Shown piece by piece: positions 35,918 through 45,817 of a DNA stretch of 64,000 nt. The stretch comes from a phage, in the NCBI GenBank assembly GCA_017686895.1, contig GCA_017686895.1_4521.1, one strand, 5' to 3'. Below the pieces are notes generated by a model. It was not told where the DNA came from. It searched no databases and worked only from the letters and a program-made list of their open reading frames with translations. Within the stretch, counting starts at the first letter, position 1; every line of letters starts with the position of its first letter. A program made the position numbers and the translations under genes.

Positions 35918-36412
35918 ATGAATATCAATACTACGGCTACTTACATCCTGAAAGATGAAAAACAAATCAACTGGTACGGTGCTTCAGTGCGAGCTTATGA
36001 AAAGTTTTGTGAAATTTTAGGTGCCACTCAAGGTAATAGTTTCACTATTGTTAACTTCATCAAACAAGTTGAAGGCCCTTGGTTATTCTTAGAAATTAAA
36101 AATTCATATGGTACAATTTCTACCACCGCCCTTCCAAGCACCGACTTTGAACTGTTGATTGAAGAAGTAGAACCCGTTAAAGATATCTGTATTGATATGG
36201 ATATCGCTTGTATGTACGGTACTCTGATTAAGCCTATTGAGCCTACTGATTTGTTGTGTAAATATGTTTCAATTCGACGCCCATTCGCTGGTCCAGTAAA
36301 TGGATGGGTGACTGATCAGTGGATTGAAGACGGTGTTGAACTTCTGAACGTTGTTCATGCAGGTGATTTTAGTGTAGTTCCACGTAGTGCTGTGGTTAAT
36401 ATCCTTAATTAA
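35918..36412 (+). CDS. hypothetical protein, paralog family member 1
   Basis: C-terminal GWVTDQWIEDGVELLNVVHAGDFSVVP shared with next two ORFs. Confidence 0.45.
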   Translation: MNINTTATYILKDEKQINWYGASVRAYEKFCEILGATQGNSFTIVNFIKQVEGPWLFLEIKNSYGTISTTALPSTDFELLIEEVEPVKDICIDMDIACMYGTLIKPIEPTDLLCKYVSIRRPFAGPVNGWVTDQWIEDGVELLNVVHAGDFSVVPRSAVVNILN

Positions 36413-36473
36413 TGTTGTACATCCAAGGACGGGTGGAGTATAATGAATTCAACTTAAACAAAGAGAGAAAATT

Positions 36474-36959
36474 ATGAATCTTGGTATTATTGGTGAAATC
36501 GTTCGCGTATCTAACAAATCTCGTTCTAAAGCAGCAGGAAAATTGGTCGAAGTTGTAAGTATTCAACTTAAAGAAGGCGTTAAAGATGAAGATTCTGAGG
36601 TAAAAGTTCGTATTATTCCTAGTCTTGGGTCGAGGGAAACTCAGTTCGCTTATGTTCGTGCAAAGTTCTTGGAAACTCCTGCGAGTAGTGCTTTTGCTTC
36701 AAGAGAAAAAGTTGAATCCACAGAGCCTAATGTACAGTTCAAATGGGCCTTGTGTAAAGGTGTTGAATTCCAGACTGATAAAGAATTTGACTTCATCGAT
36801 GAATATGGTTATCCAAGCACAACTGATACCATGTGTGGCTTCATTAGTGACCAATGGGTAGAAGATGGTGAAAAGTTATACAATATCGTATTCTTAGGTG
36901 ACTTCCGAGTTGTTAAAGAATCCGAAATCACTCGCTATGTGTCTCCTCGTAAAGCTTAA
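36474..36959 (+). CDS. hypothetical protein, paralog family member 2
   Basis: SRSKAAGKLVEVVS and GFISDQWVEDGEKLYNIVFLGDFRVV shared with neighbours. Confidence 0.5.
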   Translation: MNLGIIGEIVRVSNKSRSKAAGKLVEVVSIQLKEGVKDEDSEVKVRIIPSLGSRETQFAYVRAKFLETPASSAFASREKVESTEPNVQFKWALCKGVEFQTDKEFDFIDEYGYPSTTDTMCGFISDQWVEDGEKLYNIVFLGDFRVVKESEITRYVSPRKA

Positions 36960-36968
36960 GGAATTATT

Positions 36969-37388
36969 ATGAATATTGTAAATCTCTCTACAGGTGATTA
37001 CGTATATGTATCTGTTGCTTCTCGCTCTAAAGTTGCCGGGAAGTTGGTTGAAGTTCTTTCTGTGAGTGATCCGGTTTTTGGTCGTAACCAAGTTAAAGTT
37101 CGTGATGCTAATGGTAATATTGGCTACGTCTCAAGCCAGTTCATTGAGCCAGAAGAAAAAGCGTTCAAATGGGGACTATGCAGATCAGTTTCTGTTGAAA
37201 AAGACCATGAATTCACTATTGCTGCGGCAACTGATGGAACGCCATGGAAAACTAAGCAAATCGCCGGATTTATTAGCGACCGTTGGGTAGAAGATGGTGT
37301 TAAGCTTTATAACATCGTTTTCGCTGGTCAGTTCATGGTAGTTCCTGAATTCCAAATTAAAAAATATAGCCCAGCTGCTTTCGCATAA
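36969..37388 (+). CDS. hypothetical protein, paralog family member 3
   Basis: SRSKVAGKLVEVLS and GFISDRWVEDGVKLYNIVFAGQFMVV shared with neighbours. Confidence 0.5.
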   Translation: MNIVNLSTGDYVYVSVASRSKVAGKLVEVLSVSDPVFGRNQVKVRDANGNIGYVSSQFIEPEEKAFKWGLCRSVSVEKDHEFTIAAATDGTPWKTKQIAGFISDRWVEDGVKLYNIVFAGQFMVVPEFQIKKYSPAAFA

Positions 37389-37392
37389 AGTT

Positions 37393-37442
37393 GTTTACTT
37401 CTCCTCTGGTTTTGATATTATAACCATATCAACCAGAGGAGA
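37393..37442 (+). promoter_or_regulatory. early-promoter/stem-loop cassette (PeSL-like)
   Basis: gtttacttctcctctggtt..TATTAT..aaccagaggagaa; 11-12-bp arms flank -10; related to cassette at 24470. Confidence 0.5.
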
Positions 37443-37447
37443 ATAAT

Positions 37448-37972
37448 ATGTTAGTTTACCGCGTAGAACGTAGTTTTTGCACTCAACGTGAATCATTACC
37501 AGGAATTGCTATCGAAGACGGTAAAGCCGTCAGAATTTGGGAAACCTCTTGGAATAAAGAACCTCGTTCGCCATACGGTTGGTCGGGCACCGACAACTCT
37601 GAAGAAACATGGGAGTTCCTTGATAAGCATGGAATACTCTCAGGTAACTTCTACCATCACGGCGACAACTATAATGTCCCTAATCGTCCTACAGTAAATG
37701 AAGACAAACTTCTTGAACAAAATATCTTAAGATACCATAGAATTGAGTACACATTTGAATTGAGTGAAGATTGGGCTCAAGGGTTCTATTTTGGATTTGA
37801 AAGCGTTGACGCGGTTTATGCATGGTTTGATGACCAGGTGGATGTTGAACTCTTGAAAGCTAAAGGATACTACATCGCGGTCTATGAAGCACCTGATTTC
37901 ATCCTCGGAAGTTGTCAATTAATGTTTAGACGTTCATTGGCAGAACAAGTTGATTTTATTTTGCTAAAATGA
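37448..37972 (+). CDS. hypothetical protein
   Basis: 174-aa ORF after promoter/stem-loop cassette. Confidence 0.45.
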   Translation: MLVYRVERSFCTQRESLPGIAIEDGKAVRIWETSWNKEPRSPYGWSGTDNSEETWEFLDKHGILSGNFYHHGDNYNVPNRPTVNEDKLLEQNILRYHRIEYTFELSEDWAQGFYFGFESVDAVYAWFDDQVDVELLKAKGYYIAVYEAPDFILGSCQLMFRRSLAEQVDFILLK

Positions 37973-38029
37973 TGTACAACAACTATGGTCTATGATACTA
38001 TAGACCTATCAAAACAAGAGGAGAATATT

Positions 38030-38257
38030 ATGAAACGTCAAATCATTAAAAACGTAACTACTGATTCAAACATCGATGAGTTTGAAGATGTTCTGTTTAA
38101 TCCTGATTTAGTTGTTGTACAGAAAAACTGGACCAGATTTTTATGCTACACCGAAGTGGTTTACGTTTACGAAAAACTCGGCGATGAAATGCCTATCTAC
38201 GGTATCTTCCGTGAAATCACTGAAAACGGTACAACTTATTGGAAGGAAACTTACTAA
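38030..38257 (+). CDS. hypothetical protein
   Basis: ATG at 38030 after GAGGAG SD. Confidence 0.35.
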   Translation: MKRQIIKNVTTDSNIDEFEDVLFNPDLVVVQKNWTRFLCYTEVVYVYEKLGDEMPIYGIFREITENGTTYWKETY

Positions 38258-38667
38258 TGGCTAATAAATTCCGCGTTAACTCGTGGTACCAATTTAAAGA
38301 TAAACGTGCCCAAGAAGAGTTTATTAAAAACCACACTGATAATGGGATTTATGCACGACGTCTTGGCATGGAACCATTTAAAGTATTAGATGTTGACCAT
38401 CTTGGTCGTCCTACTAAAATTGTGACATCTACTGGCACGGTTGGATACGCAACAGGCGGTGATATCCTTGATGAAAACTTTATCTGGCTCTCCACGAATG
38501 AAGCAGAATTCTTTGACGAAGTTGGAAATCCGTATCAAGCGTCCGAAGAGCAAGATTCTGGTGAACTTGACGAATTGTCTGAATTTCCGGTGATGACAAT
38601 TACTATCGAAAATAACGACCAGGCATGGTCTTTGTATCAAATGTTGAAAGCACATTTTAAGGAATAA
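38257..38667 (+). CDS. hypothetical acidic protein
   Basis: 137-aa ORF, ATGA-type overlap. Confidence 0.4.
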   Translation: MANKFRVNSWYQFKDKRAQEEFIKNHTDNGIYARRLGMEPFKVLDVDHLGRPTKIVTSTGTVGYATGGDILDENFIWLSTNEAEFFDEVGNPYQASEEQDSGELDELSEFPVMTITIENNDQAWSLYQMLKAHFKE

Positions 38668-38669
38668 TA

Positions 38670-38849
38670 ATGCCGTTATACGACTATAAATGCCAATCTG
38701 AAGATTGCGGACATGAATATGAAAAAATTAAAAGGATTTCTGAACGAGAAAACGATGTTTGCCCTGAATGTCATCGTCTGTCTACTCGTCGGGTTTCTGC
38801 TCCTAAACATGTGAACGGTGGTTTTTACGACTTACTTAAGAAGGGTTAA
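38670..38849 (+). CDS. zinc-ribbon small protein
   Basis: 59 aa hand-translated: MPLYDYKCQSEDCGH...CPECH, two CxxC pairs; below track cut-off. Confidence 0.4.
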   Translation: MPLYDYKCQSEDCGHEYEKIKRISERENDVCPECHRLSTRRVSAPKHVNGGFYDLLKKG

Positions 38850-38851
38850 TT

Positions 38852-39277
38852 ATGGCTTTTAAAGGTTTTGAAGTTGGTAAGAAATATCGTATTATCAAAG
38901 GTCAAGAAGATAATTTCTTGAGAATTCTTAATACGACCGGTAAACGTCTTAATACTAATCTGCATACTACTTTATTGTCCAAAGATTTTATTGTGGAAGA
39001 GATGATTGGTTACGGTGTTTCGGTTATTGCTGTAGAAGCCGTAGGCGATTATGGTCGAACTATTCATAGTATGCAAGGTGATATTCTGCTTTATGGTGCA
39101 GAATTTAAATTCTTTGAAGAAGTTCCGGAACCAGATACATCTGTCGATTTCAAAAAAGGCTCTATAGAATTTGTTGATGGATCGGTGATCGTATCAGGCG
39201 ATGTGGTCATTACAGTTAAAAGTGAACAAGGGCGTTTGGCTGTAATTGATGCACTTCAGAAAATTAAATTTAAATAA
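38852..39277 (+). CDS. hypothetical protein
   Basis: 141-aa ORF ending at terminator hairpin. Confidence 0.45.
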   Translation: MAFKGFEVGKKYRIIKGQEDNFLRILNTTGKRLNTNLHTTLLSKDFIVEEMIGYGVSVIAVEAVGDYGRTIHSMQGDILLYGAEFKFFEEVPEPDTSVDFKKGSIEFVDGSVIVSGDVVITVKSEQGRLAVIDALQKIKFK

Positions 39278-39294
39278 GGGCTTCGGCCCTTTTT
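39278..39294 (+). terminator. intrinsic terminator upstream of gene 39 promoter
   Basis: gggc-ttcg-gccc followed by ttttt. Confidence 0.6.
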
Positions 39295-39318
39295 GCTTTA
39301 GATTTCGGATGATAGAAT
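39293..39318 (+). promoter_or_regulatory. middle-promoter-like element (MotA box + -10) upstream of gene 39
   Basis: TTGCTTTA then 12 nt then TAGAAT; near-copy of the element upstream of gene 47. Confidence 0.5.
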
Positions 39319-39340
39319 ACCTTCATAACGAGGAGACAAC

Positions 39341-41158
39341 ATGATTAAAAACGAAATTAAGGTATTGTCAGATGTAGAACATATTAAGAAACGTAGTGGT
39401 ATGTATATTGGTTCTTCGGCTAAAGAAGCACATGAGCGTTTTTTGTTTGGTAAATATCAACAAGTTGAATATGTTCCTGGTCTGGTTAAATTAATCGATG
39501 AGATTATTGACAACTCGGTTGATGAAGCTATTCGTACATCATTTAAGTTTGCAAATAAAATTGATGTGCAAATTAAAAATAATCAAGTTTCGGTGGAAGA
39601 TAACGGACGTGGTATTCCTCAAGGTTTAGTTACTGACCAAACAGGTGAACAAATTCCTGGGCCTGTAGCAGCCTGGACTATTCCAAAGGCCGGTGGTAAC
39701 TTTGGTGATGATTCTGAACGCAAGACTGGTGGTATGAACGGCGTCGGGAGTAGTTTAACTAATATCTTCTCTACGTTGTTTACAGGCATCACGTCAGATG
39801 GCGAAAATGAAATCACTGTTAACTGTTCAAACGGAATGGAAAACAAATCATGGTCTTCTAAGAAATCTAAAGGTAAAGGCACTAAAGTAATCTTCACTCC
39901 TGATTTCACTTCATTTGAAGAGAATAATTTATCTCAAATTTATTTAGATATTACTTTAGACCGACTTCAAACATTGGCAGTTGTTTATCCTGATATCAAG
40001 TTCACATTTAATGGTAAAAAGGTTGATGGTAATTTTAAACGATTTGCTAAACAATTTGGTGAAGATAACATCATTCAAGAAAATGATAAAGTCTCTATAG
40101 CATTCACAACATCACCAGATGGCTTCCGTCATTTAACTTATGTGAATAACATCCATACTAAAAATGGTGGTCATCATGTTGAATGTGTAATGGATGATAT
40201 TTGCGAACATCTTTTACCGGGTATTAAAAAGAAATATAAGGGTATTGAAGTCACTAAAGCTCGTGTTAAAGAATGCCTCACAATGTTGATGTTTATTAGA
40301 GACATGAGCAATATGCGTTTTGATTCTCAGACTAAAGAACGTTTAACGTCAACGTATGGTGATATTCGTAATCATATCCAATTAGATGCTAAGAAAATTG
40401 CTCAGGCACTTCTTAAAAACGAAGCCTTGATTATGCCTATTGTTGAAGCAGCATTAGCTCGTAAATTGGCAGCAGAAAAGGCTGCAGAAACTAAAGCAGC
40501 TAAAAAGGCAACTAAAGCTAAGGTTCATAAGCATATTAAAGCTAACCGATGTGGTAAAGATGCAGATACGACATTGTTTTTAACAGAAGGTGATTCGGCA
40601 ATTGGTTATCTCATTGATGTTCGTGACCGTGAACTACACGGTGGATTCCCATTACGTGGTAAGGTGATGAATAGCTGGGGTATGTCATATGCTGATATGA
40701 TGAAGAACAAAGAGCTCTTTGATATCTGTGCTATCACAGGTCTTATTCTTGGTGAAAAGGCAGAGAATACGAACTATCGTAATATTGCAATTATGACTGA
40801 TGCAGATCACGACGGTCTTGGAAGTATCTATCCGGCTTTGCTTGCTTTCTTTAGTAATTGGCCTGAATTGTTTGAACAAGGACGTATTCGCTTTGTTAAA
40901 ACGCCTGTAATTATTGCACAAATTGGCAAAACTCAAAAATGGTTTTATACTGTAGCTGAGTATGAAGAAGTTAAAGATACACTGCCTAAGCATAGTATTC
41001 GATACATCAAGGGATTAGGCTCCCTTGAAAAGTCAGAATATCGTGAAATGATTCAGAACCCTGTGTACGACGTAGTTAAACTTCCTGAAAATTGGAAAGA
41101 ACTCTTTGAAATGTTGATGGGTGATGATTCAGAACTTCGTAAAGAATGGATGTCCTAA
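39341..41158 (+). CDS. 39: DNA topoisomerase II large subunit gp39 (GyrB-like ATPase), continuous 39+60 equivalent
   Basis: 605 aa; MIKNEIKVLSDVEHIKKRSGMYIGS; Toprim region present; single uninterrupted ORF. Confidence 0.92.
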   Translation: MIKNEIKVLSDVEHIKKRSGMYIGSSAKEAHERFLFGKYQQVEYVPGLVKLIDEIIDNSVDEAIRTSFKFANKIDVQIKNNQVSVEDNGRGIPQGLVTDQTGEQIPGPVAAWTIPKAGGNFGDDSERKTGGMNGVGSSLTNIFSTLFTGITSDGENEITVNCSNGMENKSWSSKKSKGKGTKVIFTPDFTSFEENNLSQIYLDITLDRLQTLAVVYPDIKFTFNGKKVDGNFKRFAKQFGEDNIIQENDKVSIAFTTSPDGFRHLTYVNNIHTKNGGHHVECVMDDICEHLLPGIKKKYKGIEVTKARVKECLTMLMFIRDMSNMRFDSQTKERLTSTYGDIRNHIQLDAKKIAQALLKNEALIMPIVEAALARKLAAEKAAETKAAKKATKAKVHKHIKANRCGKDADTTLFLTEGDSAIGYLIDVRDRELHGGFPLRGKVMNSWGMSYADMMKNKELFDICAITGLILGEKAENTNYRNIAIMTDADHDGLGSIYPALLAFFSNWPELFEQGRIRFVKTPVIIAQIGKTQKWFYTVAEYEEVKDTLPKHSIRYIKGLGSLEKSEYREMIQNPVYDVVKLPENWKELFEMLMGDDSELRKEWMS

Positions 41159-41186
41159 GCTCCTTCGGGAGCTTCATTTTAATTTT
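41159..41186 (+). terminator. terminator-like hairpin after gene 39
   Basis: gctcc-ttcg-ggagc then T-rich tract. Confidence 0.5.
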
Positions 41187-41200
41187 AATAAGGCTTAATT

Positions 41201-42301
41201 ATGAAAGTTATGTTTATCCCATCTCGTGCAGTCCCATTTAATCCTGACCGTGTACAAGGTGGTCTTGAAGCAGTACATTTAAATGTGTTGAAATATCTTG
41301 TGTCCATCGGTGCTGATATTGATTATATCGGCTTTGATAATGACGTGTTTGGTGATTGGAAAGTTACACACCATCCTGTCGGCCATCTGACTAAATTCAG
41401 TCTAGGTATGAGTTATACTATGGCTCGTAAGATTGTTGAACTAGCCGGCATCCATGAATACGATTTTGTTGTTACTATGGAACCGACTAAACTAACCGTT
41501 CAGGCAATTAAAGACGCAGGTCTCTCTAAAGTTCATAAGAATTTTATGGCAACACCATTTGAACCGGTATCTCGTGGCATTGTTCAAATTTGGGACCAGA
41601 CTATTCAAATTCATAAGAATGGTGGTAAGAGTTATGCTCCTACTAAAGCCTTCCGTGAATTTGAACGCAAATATTGTTATATGACTTCAGGTCTGACTGA
41701 CAAAATTGATTATGATTATTGGCGAGCAAATCCGTTGTTTGAAGCCGAAGATTATCCGGTTATTTGTTTGAATGAGAAACCTGAAGTTCTTCCGGCGACT
41801 GATCTGATTATTAGTGCACAACGTTATGACACTAAAATGCGTCGTACTGATGTTGCTCTTGAAGCGATTAAAGCACTAGGCGAAAATGGTGTAGGATACT
41901 GTCCTAGTAAATGGGCGCCACCGGCTAAGTATCCTGTTATTATTGATGCTCCACATAGTGAAATCATGGAACGTCTTAAAACAGCTAAAGCACTTATCAA
42001 TACGTGTCCTGACACAGGTACGGTAGAGAATAGTTCTATTGAAGCCATCTCTAAAGGTGTCCCTGTAATCCAGTTAGTTTTTAAGGATTATCCTCATGCG
42101 ACATTTGAATACGACCCAGATACTGTGCGTGTAGAAATTGATTCCTCTACTCCTAAGAAAGAAGTAGTTGCGCTTTACACAAAAGCTGTATTAGAATTCA
42201 CTGACACATACGAAGCTCGAGTTAAACGTGCTGAAGCCGTATGGAAGAAGTATAACCGAGATGCAGTTGTTGCGATGTGGGATAAAATCTTCACAGCGTA
42301 A
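41201..42301 (+). CDS. GT-B fold glycosyltransferase (GT4-like), candidate DNA sugar transferase
   Basis: N-term MKVMFIPS...QGGLEAVHLNVLKYL and C-term TGTVENSSIEAISKGVPVI (E-x7-E motif). Confidence 0.55.
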   Translation: MKVMFIPSRAVPFNPDRVQGGLEAVHLNVLKYLVSIGADIDYIGFDNDVFGDWKVTHHPVGHLTKFSLGMSYTMARKIVELAGIHEYDFVVTMEPTKLTVQAIKDAGLSKVHKNFMATPFEPVSRGIVQIWDQTIQIHKNGGKSYAPTKAFREFERKYCYMTSGLTDKIDYDYWRANPLFEAEDYPVICLNEKPEVLPATDLIISAQRYDTKMRRTDVALEAIKALGENGVGYCPSKWAPPAKYPVIIDAPHSEIMERLKTAKALINTCPDTGTVENSSIEAISKGVPVIQLVFKDYPHATFEYDPDTVRVEIDSSTPKKEVVALYTKAVLEFTDTYEARVKRAEAVWKKYNRDAVVAMWDKIFTA

Positions 42302-42393
42302 ATCCTGAATAGCCTGAGGCACTATTACACATAAGATGATAGATTATATGGTCTTTAGTAATAGTGCCCTAGGAATCTACTGAAGAGAATATT

Positions 42394-42594
42394 ATGAGAA
42401 CATATAACGTGGACTTGGAACTTTTTGATAAAGCAGTGCTCCGGGAATTCCGGCTTATCCAAAGATTTTTTGATATTGAGTCAGCAGAGTCCTTTAAAGA
42501 ACGCTTTAAAGAAATTCGATATAAAATACAAACCGATACAGCTACTAAAGAAGAACTTCTTGAAGTAGCAGAAATTTTTAAACGTAACTTGTGA
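42394..42594 (+). CDS. hypothetical protein
   Basis: 66-aa ORF upstream of rIIA. Confidence 0.35.
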   Translation: MRTYNVDLELFDKAVLREFRLIQRFFDIESAESFKERFKEIRYKIQTDTATKEELLEVAEIFKRNL

Positions 42595-42606
42595 TGAGAG
42601 AAAAAT

Positions 42607-44820
42607 ATGATTATTGAAACGGCTAAAGAAACGATTATTGGTTCAGGCGGTAAGAGCACAGCATTTACTATTCAAGGCAATAGCAAAGTTTATAAGATTT
42701 TGTCTAATGACCTTTATACAAACAAAGAATTGGCTTGTGTACGTGAATTAATTACAAACTGTATCGATGGACAAATTCTTAACGGTTGCACTGATAAGTT
42801 TATTATTCAGGCTCCAGGTCGGTTAGACCCGCGCTTTGTAGTTCGAGACTTTGGTCCTGGTATGAGCGATTTCACCATTAGAGGTAATGACGAAGAGCCA
42901 GGAATTTATAACTCATATTTTGCTTCAACTAAAACATCGAGTAACGATTTCATCGGTGGATTCGGACTCGGCTCTAAAGCTCCGCTAGCATATACCGATA
43001 CGTTTAACCTTACGTCTTATCACAACGGCGAAGTTCGTGGTTACGTAATCTACCAAGATGACACGGGTCCACAAATTAAGCCGACCTTTGTAGATAAGAT
43101 GGGTCCTGATGACCGTACTGGTGTAGAAGTAGTTGTACCGGTTAACCCGGAAGATTTTGAAAAGTTCGCATCCGAAATTGCATATGTTATGCGTCCTCTA
43201 GGTGATATTGCAGAAGTTCGTGGTGTTAAAGATATTAAATACTTCCCTGAATTTGACGATGTATATTTGGCCAAGGAAGCTCCATGGGGTGAACGCGGTA
43301 ATATCATGGCTGTTTATGGCGGTATTGTATATCCAATCGGAAGTGTTATTAAAGAACAAACATGGATGATGACTCGATGCACTACAGCTTATATTAAATT
43401 CCCTATGGGTGAACTAGACGTAGCTCCGTCTCGTGAAGCATTGTCATTTGATAAACGTACAGTAGCAAATATCCATAAACGCGTTGCAGAAATCGATGCT
43501 AAATTGTTCGCTGAAGATTCTAAGAAATGGATTGATTGTAAATACCCGCGTCATGTGTTCCGTGAAATTGATTCTCTTGGCTATACCGCTCGTAAATACA
43601 TGGAAAAGGCCGGGTCTAATATTGAATCGCTGAAATACTCCAAAGAACAACTAACTTATTCTGAGTTGTACAAACGTTTTAAAATGGGGCCTGAGTGGTG
43701 TAATCTTGGCGTAGTATACGATATCGTTGAATCCCCTCGTCTTCGTCGTATTCGTGAAAGTGGTAGCTCAACGGCAACCATTTCAATTAACAGTCTGATT
43801 GGCATTAACATTAAAAATGTTGAAATTGTTATTGACGACGTTAAGGGACGCGTTCCATTAATGCGAGCTCTTAATTCAATTGAAATGTCTAAAGACGAGG
43901 TTAAATTAACTGGTAAAGTTCCACGCGGTTTTGGTAAAAGTGTACTATTCGTTGACCCTACAGACGAAGATGCAATGAAACTTCTGGAACGCCTTAAAGT
44001 TATCTTTGATGGCGACAATATTAACATGTACAAGACTTCAGAGCTTTTACAAATCGTTAAGCCATGGATTGAAGTCAGGAAACGGACTAATGAGCCTCGT
44101 CCTAAATCGCCAAGTGCTCATCGATTCTTTAAGAATGAAAATGATGTTTGGGTATCAGAAGACCTCTTTATTCCGGCAAGTGAAGCAGATGAAATCCAAG
44201 GTTATGCTATAGTTCGTAATCGTTCTAATGCTGAATGTCTTGACGCAGATAAAGGTTGGTTGAACTATGACTCCAATTTCTTGACCCGTATTGCTGATTT
44301 GTCAGGTATTAAAGAGTTCACTGTAGTTCGTCCGCAGATTGCTAAGAAAGTTCGTAAACTTGGTGAAGTAGAATGCTTGTTCGAAAAATCAATTAATGAC
44401 TATATTACGCTAATCGATAAAGTGGATTATGATGAGTATGTATCACCAAGTCGTAGAGCACAGCCTTATTTGAATCATATTACTCGTAATGAAGAGCTTA
44501 ACTTCCTTAGTAAGTATTTTAGCTCTAAGAACAAAGAAATCAGTAAAGACTTTGCAAAACTCTCAACAGTAAATAATCGTTGGGGATGGAATCGATTCGC
44601 AGGTGCTACTAATACAGACCTGAATAAGAAGTTAGAATTGTGTGCTAAAATTTTCGATAAGCTTAAAGATAATGCTTACGATAATGATGATAAAATGGTT
44701 ATTGAATTCGAAACCAATTATCATATTGTGTCAGACTACATGGGACGACGTGGTACTCTTTCTAAAGAACAAGTCGCTCAAATCGTTAAATTCATGAAGG
44801 CTGTGGAAGCAGCCAAATAA
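42607..44820 (+). CDS. rIIA: rIIA protein
   Basis: MIIETAKETIIGSGGKSTAFTIQGNSKVYKILSNDLYTNK matches T4 rIIA as recalled; 737 aa. Confidence 0.93.
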   Translation: MIIETAKETIIGSGGKSTAFTIQGNSKVYKILSNDLYTNKELACVRELITNCIDGQILNGCTDKFIIQAPGRLDPRFVVRDFGPGMSDFTIRGNDEEPGIYNSYFASTKTSSNDFIGGFGLGSKAPLAYTDTFNLTSYHNGEVRGYVIYQDDTGPQIKPTFVDKMGPDDRTGVEVVVPVNPEDFEKFASEIAYVMRPLGDIAEVRGVKDIKYFPEFDDVYLAKEAPWGERGNIMAVYGGIVYPIGSVIKEQTWMMTRCTTAYIKFPMGELDVAPSREALSFDKRTVANIHKRVAEIDAKLFAEDSKKWIDCKYPRHVFREIDSLGYTARKYMEKAGSNIESLKYSKEQLTYSELYKRFKMGPEWCNLGVVYDIVESPRLRRIRESGSSTATISINSLIGINIKNVEIVIDDVKGRVPLMRALNSIEMSKDEVKLTGKVPRGFGKSVLFVDPTDEDAMKLLERLKVIFDGDNINMYKTSELLQIVKPWIEVRKRTNEPRPKSPSAHRFFKNENDVWVSEDLFIPASEADEIQGYAIVRNRSNAECLDADKGWLNYDSNFLTRIADLSGIKEFTVVRPQIAKKVRKLGEVECLFEKSINDYITLIDKVDYDEYVSPSRRAQPYLNHITRNEELNFLSKYFSSKNKEISKDFAKLSTVNNRWGWNRFAGATNTDLNKKLELCAKIFDKLKDNAYDNDDKMVIEFETNYHIVSDYMGRRGTLSKEQVAQIVKFMKAVEAAK

Positions 44821-44829
44821 GGAAACATT

Positions 44830-45777
44830 ATGTACAATATTAAATGCTTGTCTCAAGAAGAACAGTTAGAAGCTTACGGCCTGGTTGAATCAGGCAAATG
44901 GACTCGTAAAGAAATTGCCGATTACTTCGACATTTCAACAGATACTCTTCGTAAGATTGTTAAGAATTTTAAAGCAGAAGGCGTTGTCCCTGAAGCAAAC
45001 GATGCCTCTTATGTAATCGAAGAAGTTCCAGAAAATGATGAACCTATTATCGGCGGACATCGTCCAGAAATCGTATGGAACGCATCATCTAAATTTATTT
45101 CAATCATTGAAGGACGCGTAGCATACAATGCGACCCCATCAAGTCATGCAAATTTTGAAGAAATTAAAGCTAATCTGGTCGCAGGAAACCTTAGTAAAGC
45201 TGTCGAACTTATTAACATCAAGAAAGCTATTACTAAGTTTGTTGATGGTAATGTTACTATTGAAGGTGGTAGTTTATTTTATCAAGGTATAGAGATTCGT
45301 TCAGGGCTGGTTAACCGTATTATTGATTCCATGGAAAAAGGTGAAGACTTTAAATTCTATCTGCCATTCCTTGAAAACCTGTTAGAAAACCCAAGCGAAA
45401 AAGCTGTACAACGTTTATTCGACTTCTTGGTTGCAAATGATATTGAAATCACTGAAGATGGGTATTTCTATGCGTGGAAAGTAGTTCGTAAAGACTATTT
45501 AGATTGTTATAGCGGTACATTTGATAACTCACCAGGTAAAGTTGTTTCAATGCCTCGTACTCGTGTTAACGATGATGATACACAAACCTGCTCCCGCGGT
45601 CTACATGTTTGCGCTAAATCATATATTCGTTACTTTGGTTCAAGCTCAGATAAAGTTGTTAAGGTTAAAGTTCATCCACGTGATGTTGTATCCATCCCAG
45701 TTGACTATGGTGATGCTAAGATGCGTACTTGTCGTTATGAAGTAATTTCAGACGTTACTGAATTATTTGCAGAATAA
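44830..45777 (+). CDS. rIIB: rIIB protein
   Basis: MYNIKCLSQEEQ...; C-terminal half nearly identical to T4 rIIB as recalled. Confidence 0.93.
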   Translation: MYNIKCLSQEEQLEAYGLVESGKWTRKEIADYFDISTDTLRKIVKNFKAEGVVPEANDASYVIEEVPENDEPIIGGHRPEIVWNASSKFISIIEGRVAYNATPSSHANFEEIKANLVAGNLSKAVELINIKKAITKFVDGNVTIEGGSLFYQGIEIRSGLVNRIIDSMEKGEDFKFYLPFLENLLENPSEKAVQRLFDFLVANDIEITEDGYFYAWKVVRKDYLDCYSGTFDNSPGKVVSMPRTRVNDDDTQTCSRGLHVCAKSYIRYFGSSSDKVVKVKVHPRDVVSIPVDYGDAKMRTCRYEVISDVTELFAE

Positions 45778-45782
45778 TAATT

Positions 45783-45806
45783 GGGGACTTCGGTCCCCTT
45801 TTTCTT
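45783..45806 (+). terminator. intrinsic terminator after rIIB
   Basis: ggggac-ttcg-gtcccc followed by tttttcttt. Confidence 0.6.
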
Positions 45807-45817
45807 TAGGGGTAATT

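Noticed and set aside
39341-41158. Gene 60-type translational bypass element or mobA insertion
   Set aside because: The topoisomerase ORF is continuous with no in-frame stop or gap, so no bypass is needed.
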